This document shows, in pieces, positions 18,056-25,859 of a DNA stretch of 51,686 nt (positions within the stretch are counted from its first letter, which is position 1; every line of letters starts with the position of its first letter). The DNA is taken from NCBI GenBank assembly GCA_017507905.1, contig JAFWAA010000031.1, positions 1 to 51,686 of the forward strand, read 5' to 3'. The stretch comes from Clostridia bacterium (GTDB lineage Bacteria; Bacillota; Clostridia; Oscillospirales; CAG-272). The notes under the pieces were generated by a model that was not told the DNA's origin, did not search any database, and was given only the letters and a program-made list of their open reading frames with translations. The position numbers and the translations under genes were made by a program.

Positions 18056-18796
18056 TTAGTCTTCGTTGTTTTTTGTTATCATTTTCCAAGTCAAAGAACG
18101 TGCGCGGAAATATATATATTCCTCCGTTAATTCTTCTACACTCTCTATGCAGTCGTCAACCCAATAAACAAATCCATCGTGGAACAAAATGTTCGAATCC
18201 ATAATATCGGGCATAGTGTTGTCGTCATAATTGAAGTGTATTAAAACATCCTTTTTAAATTCTAATATAATATCGCATTCCCAACATCCAGTAAATAATA
18301 CACGAACGCAGCTTGAATCATTATAGTTTTCTTTTAATTCATAACTAATGTTTTTTATTCTAGCATCATGAAATCCCCAAGCGGCACTCAATAAATTATC
18401 TGCATCTTTGAGGTTTTTAACTCGTTTCCATTCGCCTGTATCAATGTTTTTGTTTTGCTCTTCTGCAATTTTGATGTATTTTTCATCAACAGGTTTCCCG
18501 TCTTTGATTTGCTTTATTAAGTCACAATTATCCAAAAGCCAAGAATATCCGAAGCAGTCTTTATAAGTTGTTACCATAGATAGTTTAATTTCTTTCTTTT
18601 CGACCATATCTGCAATATCAGTATCTATTATAAAGACCTTTCTTTTAAGAGAAGGCTTCGTATTATATACATTCAGTAATTCAAATTGTTTATTTTCAGT
18701 ATCAAAAACGATTACACACTCATACCATCCGGGATTAAATTTTGCAAATATATGTGAATAGTATTCTCTATTATCAGATACAATTTTTGCAAGCAT
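18056..18796 (-). CDS. AT-rich hypothetical protein (horizontally acquired)
   Basis: 246-aa ORF with AGGAGGTG RBS and its own promoter. Codon usage differs from the host. Contains an FHDA motif. Confidence 0.85.
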   Translation of the reverse strand: MLAKIVSDNREYYSHIFAKFNPGWYECVIVFDTENKQFELLNVYNTKPSLKRKVFIIDTDIADMVEKKEIKLSMVTTYKDCFGYSWLLDNCDLIKQIKDGKPVDEKYIKIAEEQNKNIDTGEWKRVKNLKDADNLLSAAWGFHDARIKNISYELKENYNDSSCVRVLFTGCWECDIILEFKKDVLIHFNYDDNTMPDIMDSNILFHDGFVYWVDDCIESVEELTEEYIYFRARSLTWKMITKNNED

Positions 18797-18824
18797 AAGG
18801 CACCTCCTATAATAAGTTGGTTAT

Positions 18825-18853
18825 AGTATATCATAAAATCATCAATTATGCAA
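18825..18853 (-). promoter_or_regulatory. sigma-A promoter of islet gene
   Basis: TTGCAT-17bp-TATACT with extended TG. Confidence 0.75.
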
Positions 18854-18902
18854 TGACTATTGCAGGTGTATTTTTTTGAATCGCAGTTTTAATTAAGGAT
18901 CT

Positions 18903-18996
18903 ATTTTAACGATTACTCCCACAAATTTAACGAATACACACAATTTTAACGAAACACCATAAAATTAACGAATACCTACAATTTTAACGCAAGCAA
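18903..18996 (+). repeat. Five direct repeats with TTAACG core, period 21/19/19/19 bp
   Basis: Units such as ACAAATTTAACGAATACAC, ACAATTTTAACGAAACACC, ATAAAATTAACGAATACCT, ACAATTTTAACGCAAGCAA. Confidence 0.88.
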
Positions 18997-19154
18997 AAGG
19001 AGACCATCGACCGAAGGAGCAAATAATCTCGGAAGATAGGCTTTCTTTATCGAAAACTGTGATTTTTATGCGTCAAAAGGGCAAAAATACCCCTAAAAAG
19101 CAATAAAAACGCAGATTAGGCACAAATAATTGTATCCTATTCTGCGTTCTTATT

Positions 19155-19547
19155 TGGTGGAGATGAGGAGAATCGAACTCCTGTCCGAAAACCCCTTGAT
19201 AAAACTTTCTTCGTGGGCAGTCTGTTGTTTAGAATTCCCTCGCGAGGACGCGAACAGACACGCTTCCTCTTGCGGTAGCCCTTTTTTGCTTGATCGGTTC
19301 AAGAGCGAACGGCCGATGCAAGTTCACCGCTCAAATGACGCTCAGTCCAAGGCCGCGGTACTCCTTGGAGGAACGGGTGACCCGCAGGTCACGGCACTGC
19401 CGGTTTTACGTCAAACGACGTAAAACTTAGGCAGCCATAGCAACAGTATTGTTGTCGTTTATTGTTTAATGTTAGGCCTTTATCGAGATTGCCCGGCTCG
19501 CCACGCTTATCTTATCGCAGAATCCCCGTCGAAACCATTGCACCCCC
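19155..19547 (-). ncRNA. ssrA: tmRNA
   Basis: 5' GGGGGUGCAAUGGUUUCGAC; 3' GGAGUUCGAUUCUCCUCAUCUCCACCA; G3-U70 wobble; tag ORF (A)DNNTVAMAA-stop at 19456-19427. Directly downstream of smpB. Confidence 0.97.
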
Positions 19548-19569
19548 ATAGTTGTGGGTACGCGGTATT

Positions 19570-19598
19570 ATTATAGCCCTTTTTGTCCGACTTGTCAA
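19570..19598 (-). promoter_or_regulatory. Consensus sigma-A promoter of ssrA
   Basis: Perfect TTGACA-17bp-TATAAT. Confidence 0.92.
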
Positions 19599-19606
19599 GT
19601 CCTTTT

Positions 19607-20083
19607 TCAGCTCTCGTAGGAGCGATCCTTCATGTGTCGGTCAATATCGCGGTTTGCCTGCCGTTCGGCATCGGCATCGCGCTTATCGTAGAGCTTCTTG
19701 CCTCGGCAAAGCCCAAGCTCGACCTTGACGTAGCCCGAAAAATACATGGAGAGCGGAACGAGCGTATACCCCTTCTGCTGGACCAGGCCCTGCAGACGCA
19801 TGATCTCGCGCTTGTGCATGAGCAGCTTTTTATCGCGCATGGGATCGCGGTTGAAGATGTTGCCGTGATCGTAAGGGCTGATGTGCAGTCCTACCGCAAA
19901 AAGCTCGCCCTTCTCAAAGGAGCAGTAGGAATCCTTGAGGTTTGCCCCTCCCTGCCGCAGGCTCTTGACCTCCGTGCCGTGCAGGGCGATGCCTGCCTCG
20001 TATTTTTCTTCTACGAAATAGTCGTGCCACGCCTTTCGGTTTTGCACGATGCTTCTTGTTTTTTCCTGTTTTTTCTCTGCCAT
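19607..20083 (-). CDS. smpB: SsrA-binding protein
   Basis: NRKAWHDY, EAGIALHGTEVKSLR, RDKKLLMHKREI, GKKLYDKR. Confidence 0.98.
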   Translation of the reverse strand: MAEKKQEKTRSIVQNRKAWHDYFVEEKYEAGIALHGTEVKSLRQGGANLKDSYCSFEKGELFAVGLHISPYDHGNIFNRDPMRDKKLLMHKREIMRLQGLVQQKGYTLVPLSMYFSGYVKVELGLCRGKKLYDKRDADAERQANRDIDRHMKDRSYES

Positions 20084-20093
20084 ACCGTCCGCC

Positions 20094-20522
20094 TTATCCG
20101 TTACTGTCGTTGTAGATGATCTCCTCGTCCGGGAAATACAGCCCGAGGAATTCCTTTGCGATCTTGACGATGTACTCCTTGTTTTCGGATTCGTTGATCA
20201 TCGCCTGCAGCTCTGCCTTGCGTGCCTCCCAATCGGTCAGCGCGTCCTTAAGGTCGCTTTCCGACTTCATGGCCTCCTCGTACCTCTCGTAGTCCGAGAG
20301 CAGCTCCTTGACCTGCTCGGCCGAGCCCATCAGCTCATTCAATTCTTCCCGCGTATCCCGAAGGTTATTCAGGGCGGTCTCAAGCTTTGCCCGCTCGCGC
20401 TCAAGCTCGTTGAAGCGCATCAGGCTATTGGCAAATATGCCGATGGACACCACCACCATCACGCCCAGAAGAATGCGCACGAGCAGACTGAGGCTGAACT
20501 GTTTTTTGTTTTCCTTTGCCAT
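20094..20522 (-). CDS. Septum formation initiator (DivIC/FtsB family)
   Basis: Basic N-terminus, one TM helix, a coiled coil and EYIVKIAKEFLGL...EII. Downstream of yabQ. Confidence 0.8.
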   Translation of the reverse strand: MAKENKKQFSLSLLVRILLGVMVVVSIGIFANSLMRFNELERERAKLETALNNLRDTREELNELMGSAEQVKELLSDYERYEEAMKSESDLKDALTDWEARKAELQAMINESENKEYIVKIAKEFLGLYFPDEEIIYNDSNG

Positions 20523-21150
20523 GTTGTTTTTCCTTTTTTCCTTTGTGCGGCACGGGCAGCTCCTCGGGAAGCATGCCGCAAGCGTCCCGCGTCAGCCGCT
20601 TTTGTCGCAAAGCGGTATAGCGCCGTCTTTCCCTGAGTCCTATCCGCGCACGTGCTAGGCGAACCAAAGCGCCCGCCGCGCGACAGAGCAAGCGCCGCAG
20701 CGCCCGAATGGGATAGAGCAGAAAGAAGACGAGATAGCGCACCGCCGTTCCGATCCCGAAGGCGATCCACTCCGAGGCATACATCACCAGCCTGCCAAGC
20801 GTCAATCGGTAAAGACCGAAGCCAAGCCCCGTGCAGACCAGTGCCAAAAAGCGAAAGCGTCCGTTATTTTGCGCGTAAAGCAGCAGAATAAAGGCAACTC
20901 CCGAGAGAATGCAGAAGAGGAGATCCTCAAGGAAGATCGCAAGCCCCAAAAATCGGCTCTCCGCATGAGGGGGCTTCCCCTTCAAAAAAGGCAAGCGGAG
21001 GCCTTGTAACCGTTTGGCAACACGACGGCTGTAATGCGCTCCCAGGAATATGCGCGTTATCCGGAACCCGTCATAGAGCAATCCAAGACAGATGCCGAGA
21101 ATCCCCGCATACACGTGGAGAAGCAGCAAAGCATACTGTGAGATCTCCAT
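20425..21150 (-). CDS. yabQ: Spore cortex biosynthesis protein YabQ-like
   Basis: GLLYDGFR, EDLLF, NNGRFR motifs. Follows yabP. Confidence 0.8.
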   Translation of the reverse strand: MEISQYALLLLHVYAGILGICLGLLYDGFRITRIFLGAHYSRRVAKRLQGLRLPFLKGKPPHAESRFLGLAIFLEDLLFCILSGVAFILLLYAQNNGRFRFLALVCTGLGFGLYRLTLGRLVMYASEWIAFGIGTAVRYLVFFLLYPIRALRRLLCRAAGALVRLARARIGLRERRRYTALRQKRLTRDACGMLPEELPVPHKGKKEKQHGKGKQKTVQPQSARAHSSGRDGGGVHRHICQ

Positions 21151-21155
21151 GCGCC

Positions 21156-21452
21156 TTACCGAAACAGCTTACCGAAAAATCCGCCCTTTCCGTTGGGATC
21201 GGATTCCTCGGCGTCCTCATAGGATACCGCATCGATTCTGCCGTCCATGGTGACGATCCCCTCCTCCATGCTCAGCACATGGATATGCAGAGAGGCGCCC
21301 TCCACAGTCATCGTACCGCAAACCGTTTGCAAGACCACCGCTTGCTCATCAAAGCTGATCACGTCTGTCACACCGCGCACCTCAAGCCCCTCTCTTGCGC
21401 GGAGAGAGACGGTATGCTCGGTCCTTCTTGTCTTCTCACGGTCCATATCCAT
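21156..21452 (-). CDS. yabP: Sporulation protein YabP
   Basis: HTVSLRAREGLEVRGVTDVISFDE...G.IDAVSY...GFFGKLFR. Confidence 0.9.
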   Translation of the reverse strand: MDMDREKTRRTEHTVSLRAREGLEVRGVTDVISFDEQAVVLQTVCGTMTVEGASLHIHVLSMEEGIVTMDGRIDAVSYEDAEESDPNGKGGFFGKLFR

Positions 21453-21482
21453 TCCTTCGTCCTCCGTTATCCGTATTGCTAC

Positions 21483-21511
21483 AGAATATGCGGAGGACGC
21501 GGGAATTATGC
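21483..21511 (-). promoter_or_regulatory. sigma-E-type promoter of yabPQ-divIC
   Basis: GCATAAT-14bp-CATATTCT, matching the remembered sigma-E consensus and spacing. yabPQ is sigma-E controlled in B. subtilis. Confidence 0.65.
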
Positions 21512-21531
21512 CGTGAGAGGGCGAAGGTGGA

Positions 21532-21774
21532 TCAGAGGATCACCTCGTACAGCTCCGAGGCCTCAGCCTTGGTGGTGTACTCCTTGACGTTTCGCACCCT
21601 GACCTTCAGGGTGCGCTGGCCGAAGGTAATTTCCAGAATATCGCCCTCCTTGACGTCGTAGGACGCCTTTGCGCGCTTTCCGTTCACAAAAACGTGCTCG
21701 GCATCGCAGGCATCATTGGCGACGGTGCGGCGCTTGATGATTCTGGAGACCTTCAAAAACTTGTCCAATCTCAC
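21532..21774 (-). CDS. S4-domain RNA-binding protein (YabO/RqcP-like)
   Basis: MRLDKFLKVSRIIKRRTVANDAC signature. Confidence 0.92.
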   Translation of the reverse strand: MRLDKFLKVSRIIKRRTVANDACDAEHVFVNGKRAKASYDVKEGDILEITFGQRTLKVRVRNVKEYTTKAEASELYEVIL

Positions 21775-22046
21775 GAATTTGCTTTATCCTTCAGGGTCTT
21801 GCTCGCAGAGAAAGTGACACGCTTGCTTGCCGGGATCTCGATGGGCTCGTTGGTCTTGGGGTTGCGTCCGGTGCGGGCTGCCTGTGCCTTAACGGTCCAG
21901 GTGCCAAATCCGGGGATCTGTACGGTCTCGCCTGCAGCAACGGCCTCGCCGATTGCCGCAAGAATGGCGTCCAGAGCCAGAGCGGTGTCCTTCTTGGTCA
22001 GACCGGACGTCTGAGCTGCCTTGTCGATCAACTGTGTCTTTTTCAT
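21771..22046 (-). CDS. hup: HU family DNA-binding protein
   Basis: VQIPGFGTW, ARTGRNPKTNEPIEIPA. Confidence 0.93.
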   Translation of the reverse strand: MKKTQLIDKAAQTSGLTKKDTALALDAILAAIGEAVAAGETVQIPGFGTWTVKAQAARTGRNPKTNEPIEIPASKRVTFSASKTLKDKANS

Positions 22047-22085
22047 GAGAAATCCTCCATAAATTTATTGCTTTGGGGTAACTTC

Positions 22086-22114
22086 ATTTTACCACATCTG
22101 TGGAAAAAAAGCAA
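22086..22114 (-). promoter_or_regulatory. sigma-A promoter of hup
   Basis: TTGCTT-17bp-TAAAAT with extended TG. Confidence 0.7.
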
Positions 22115-22166
22115 GAGTTTTTTTGGGATGTATTCACAAAAAATGCAAAAAAATGGAGTTTTTTTC

Positions 22167-22871
22167 TCAATTTTCGGCTATTTTGTCAATAACGCGATCG
22201 GTATGATGGCTGAGCGCCTCCTCGGCATCCACCTTGGCAAGGCGAGAGAGGTGCGTGACCGTCATCAAAAGTGCTCCGATCTGCTCGGACGTGGGGGCCT
22301 CGCAGGAGCGCATCTCCTCCACCTGTGCGGCAAGCTCGTCCAGTGCATCACCGCAGGAGCGATCGGCAAACAGCTCGGCCTTCTTGCCCACCTTGGTCGC
22401 GCGCATCAGTGCGGGAAGCATGGGAGGAACGGCGCGAAGTCGGTCAACGAGGGTGTTTCTCTGCTTCTCCTCGGTCTTGATCGCCTCCCAGTTGGAAAGG
22501 ACCTCCTCGCTGTCCTTGACCTGTACCGTGGAAAAGACGTGCGGATGGCGGTGGATCATCTTGTGGGAGATATCGTGAATAACGTCGCCCATGCAGAAGC
22601 GTCCTTCCTCCTCCTCGATGCAGGCGTGAAAGACCACCTGGAACAGCAGATCGCCAAGCTCCTCGCGCAAAAGCACGGGATCGTCCGTGTCGATCGCCTC
22701 GATCACCTCATAGGCCTCCTCGATCAGCGAGGAGCGAATGCTGTGGTGATCCTGCTCACGATCCCAGACGCAGCCCTCCTCGGAGCGCAGGATCTGCATG
22801 ATGGTGCAAAGATCATCAAAGTCAAGACGCTCCTTGGAAACAAGAGCGTCCTTTTTTTCTTGTGTCGTCAT
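22167..22871 (-). CDS. mazG: MazG family nucleoside triphosphate pyrophosphohydrolase
   Basis: LRSEEGCVWDREQ, EEAYEV, EELGDLLFQVV, RHPHVF. Confidence 0.92.
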   Translation of the reverse strand: MTTQEKKDALVSKERLDFDDLCTIMQILRSEEGCVWDREQDHHSIRSSLIEEAYEVIEAIDTDDPVLLREELGDLLFQVVFHACIEEEEGRFCMGDVIHDISHKMIHRHPHVFSTVQVKDSEEVLSNWEAIKTEEKQRNTLVDRLRAVPPMLPALMRATKVGKKAELFADRSCGDALDELAAQVEEMRSCEAPTSEQIGALLMTVTHLSRLAKVDAEEALSHHTDRVIDKIAEN

Positions 22872-24553
22872 TTTTTGGATTCCTTTCTCAAAACGGCTTC
22901 CCTGTCCTCCCGACGCAAAAGGTGCGCGCGACCGAGCATACGCCAGAGGCGCTCCCCCATGGGAAGCGAAAGCGCATCCTCACGCTCAAGAACCCCCAGG
23001 CGGCAGGAGAAAAGCAGATAGCAGATAGCGGTGATCGCGAGTGCCGCAAGCGTGAGCAGCGCACTCGGGGGGAAAGAACGAAGAAGAAGCGTATACGCTC
23101 CGTAGGAAACGCCCACCGAAAGCGCCGACGCCATAAAAGGGCGTCCGAACAGAGGGACAGGCGACGGAGCGCGGCAGAGCGATGCGGCAAAGTGGAAATT
23201 CAGCAGCAGCACCGTGGCGTTGCAGACGAAGGTACTGATCGGTGCGCCTGCAAGTGTAACGGTGGGCAGACCGATCAAAAGATAAGAGGTCAGGATCTTG
23301 AGGAGCGCGCCCGCAAGCATAGAGAGGATCGGTCGATTGACCCGTTGATAGGCGTGCAGAACCGAATTGGTTGCCGTGATCATGCAGGAAAGCAGGACCG
23401 AAGCCCCAAGCCCCGATAAAAGCGGTGCTGAGATTGCAACAGCAGTCTCCTCGCCCGAAAAGAGCAGGCGCAGGATCGGCTCGGCATAAACGGCAAGGGA
23501 GAGCGAAGCGGGCATCGCCAAAAACACGGTCAGGCGGTAGGAAATGCCCACCATTTGCTCCTGGCGCTCCGAATTTCCCTCGGCGATCGCCGCCGAAAGC
23601 ATGGGAACGAGAGGGAGCGCGATGGAATTGATGAGCGAAGGCAAAAGCGCGTAGACCGAGAGAGCCAGCGTCGTGTAGCTCCCGTATGCCTCGTTCGCCA
23701 TGACCTCGGTAAAGCCGATCGCCTGCAAGCGCCGAAGGATCATCGTCATATCCACAAGCTTGGTCAGGCTCACGAGGGACGCCCCCAGCGTCATCGGTAC
23801 GGAGAGCCTTCCCAGATCGCGCAGAATGCGATAGCTCTCCTCGCCTGTTCGCACATGAGGGTGGGCGTCCGCCTCTATCCGTTCGGCCTTCCCTGCCCGA
23901 TCAAAGCGAAGCTTTTCGAGGGCGAGATAAAGGACCGAAAGAAGCATTCCCAGCGTCAGCCCAAGACCTGCAAAGGCGGCAACGGTAGGGGTATCGTATC
24001 CCGAATACAGCGCATACCGAGCAAGCAAAAGTCCGAAGATCAGCTTTCCAAGCGCCTCCAGAAGCTGGGAGAGCGCCGTGGGAAGCATGCGTTGATGTCC
24101 TTGAAAATAGCCTCGCAAGGCCGAGGCGATGCAGCCCAAAAGAACGGTTGGCGCAATGGTGAGCATACAGGCATACGCCCCATCGCTCTTGATCCATCCG
24201 CAAAAGCGGCGCGCCAGCAGGAGCATCACAAGGCTCCCGAGGATCCCGATGCCCAAAAAGAGCAAAAGAGAGGTGCGGTAGATCCCCGTTACGCACTTCC
24301 CGTCTCCCTTGGCGATCGCCGAGGAGATCAGGACCGAAAGCGCTACGGGAAGTCCTGCCGTGGCGATCACGCAAAAGAGCGCGTAGACCTCGTAGGCAGA
24401 ATTGAAATAGCCCATGCCCTCCGCACCAAGATAGGCGAGCATGGGTATTTTGTAGAGGAGCCCGATCACCTTGACCGAGACGGTGGACAACGTCAGAAGA
24501 AGAACCCCCGAAAAGAAGGTCTTACCAACCGTTTTTGCCGCCCGCTCTGCCAT
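22868..24553 (-). CDS. SpoVB/YabM-like polysaccharide flippase (MOP family)
   Basis: KVIGLLYKIP, AGLPVALS, LRGYFQG, SQLLE. Position upstream of mazG. Confidence 0.88.
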   Translation of the reverse strand: MAERAAKTVGKTFFSGVLLLTLSTVSVKVIGLLYKIPMLAYLGAEGMGYFNSAYEVYALFCVIATAGLPVALSVLISSAIAKGDGKCVTGIYRTSLLLFLGIGILGSLVMLLLARRFCGWIKSDGAYACMLTIAPTVLLGCIASALRGYFQGHQRMLPTALSQLLEALGKLIFGLLLARYALYSGYDTPTVAAFAGLGLTLGMLLSVLYLALEKLRFDRAGKAERIEADAHPHVRTGEESYRILRDLGRLSVPMTLGASLVSLTKLVDMTMILRRLQAIGFTEVMANEAYGSYTTLALSVYALLPSLINSIALPLVPMLSAAIAEGNSERQEQMVGISYRLTVFLAMPASLSLAVYAEPILRLLFSGEETAVAISAPLLSGLGASVLLSCMITATNSVLHAYQRVNRPILSMLAGALLKILTSYLLIGLPTVTLAGAPISTFVCNATVLLLNFHFAASLCRAPSPVPLFGRPFMASALSVGVSYGAYTLLLRSFPPSALLTLAALAITAICYLLFSCRLGVLEREDALSLPMGERLWRMLGRAHLLRREDREAVLRKESKK

Positions 24554-24569
24554 GTGATCTCACCGCCGT

Positions 24570-25859
24570 TTACTCAAAATAATGAGCAAACACCTCTTGG
24601 CTCTCGCGGCGGAGACGCTCCTCATCAATAGAAGTATACTCGCCGTTGCGGTAAAGTATGCGTCCGTCGACCATGGTCATGCGCACGTCGGCGCTCTCCG
24701 CGCTGTAAGCGAGCATGGCGTGATCGTCGTAGGTGGGCAGGTTGTGGATCGAATGGCGATCGATCAGGGTAAGGTCCGCGCGCGCCCCGATGGCGAGGCG
24801 GCCGCAATCCTCTCTGCCCTGTGCGCGTGCGCCGTTCTCGGTGGCCAGAGGCAAAAGCTCGGAGGCTACAAGGCAGGCAGGATCGCGCGAGATCCCCTTG
24901 TGCAGGATCGCCGCGGTCTGCATCTCGCGCAGAACGTCAAGGCGGTTGTTCGAAGCAACGCCGTCGGTGCCGAGCGCTACGTTGACACCTGCATCCAGAA
25001 GCTTACGCAGCTGCATCACGCCGCTTCCCAGCTTGAGATTGCTGACGGGATTGTGTACGGCAGTAACGCCCTTTTCGGCGAGAATGGCAATATCCTCCTC
25101 CGAGAGCCAGACGCAGTGTGCTGCCGAGGTGGGGGCATCAAAGACGCCGAGATCGGCGAAGAAGGCCGAGGGTGTCTTGCCGTGACGCTTGATGCAGGCC
25201 TCGTGCTCCTCCTCGGTCTCCGAGAGGTGCAGCTGCATCAGAAGGCCGTGCTCCTTGGCATAGCGGCCAACGTACGCGCAGTAGTGCGGCAGATTGGTGT
25301 ATTCGGCGTGCAGGGAGAAATCGATCTTCAAGGCGCCGTCCGCAGCCATGTGATACTCCTTGGCGAGGGCGATCGCCTCGGCAAGGCGGGAATCGGTTTT
25401 CGGATCGACGGTAGGATCAAAGGAAACGAGCGAGCGCGCAAGGTTTGCCTTGATTCCTGTCTCCAGCACCGCATCGGCCACGGCGTCCTCGAACATATAC
25501 ATATCCGAGAAGGAGGCAATTCCGCGGCGAAGCATCTCGGCAATTGCCCACTTGGTCGCCACGTACACGCTCTTGCGCGTGAGAAGCTCCTCGGCGGGAA
25601 AGATCTTCTCGTTCAGCCAACGGTGCAGAGGAAGGTCCTCTCCGTAGCCGCGGAAAAGCGTCATGGCGGCGTGACAGTGTGCATTGTAAAAGGCGGGGAT
25701 CAGAAGATTCCCTCCGCAATCCACCACGTCAGCGCCCGTTTCGTCAAGGGGTGACTCGGTAATGGCGGCAATCCGCTTGTTCTCGATCACCACCTGTACG
25801 GGACGTCCTGCAAAGCCATGCTCGGGGAGCAGAGTCGCGTTTTTCAAAATCGTCTTCAT
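24570..25859 (-). CDS. Amidohydrolase, MTA/SAH deaminase-like
   Basis: NAHCH, HAEY, HLSET, AHCV, GTDG metal ligands; HNPVSNLKLGSG. Confidence 0.85.
   Translation of the reverse strand: MKTILKNATLLPEHGFAGRPVQVVIENKRIAAITESPLDETGADVVDCGGNLLIPAFYNAHCHAAMTLFRGYGEDLPLHRWLNEKIFPAEELLTRKSVYVATKWAIAEMLRRGIASFSDMYMFEDAVADAVLETGIKANLARSLVSFDPTVDPKTDSRLAEAIALAKEYHMAADGALKIDFSLHAEYTNLPHYCAYVGRYAKEHGLLMQLHLSETEEEHEACIKRHGKTPSAFFADLGVFDAPTSAAHCVWLSEEDIAILAEKGVTAVHNPVSNLKLGSGVMQLRKLLDAGVNVALGTDGVASNNRLDVLREMQTAAILHKGISRDPACLVASELLPLATENGARAQGREDCGRLAIGARADLTLIDRHSIHNLPTYDDHAMLAYSAESADVRMTMVDGRILYRNGEYTSIDEERLRRESQEVFAHYFE

Larger units (their letters stand above)
17935..19159. mobile_element. AT-rich single-gene islet inserted at ssrA 3' end
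   Basis: Sharp GC drop, flanking TA(A/T)TTGGTG duplication overlapping the ssrA CCA, a 13-bp inverted repeat near both ends and internal repeat arrays. No integrase inside. Confidence 0.65.

Noticed and set aside
18903-18996. Repeat arrays at 15.5, 18.0 and 18.9 kb as CRISPR
   Set aside because: The constant parts are only 8-12 bp, the periods are 19-25 bp, there are no ~30-bp unique spacers and no cas genes.
19130-19423. 97-aa plus ORF
   Set aside because: Antisense to tmRNA.
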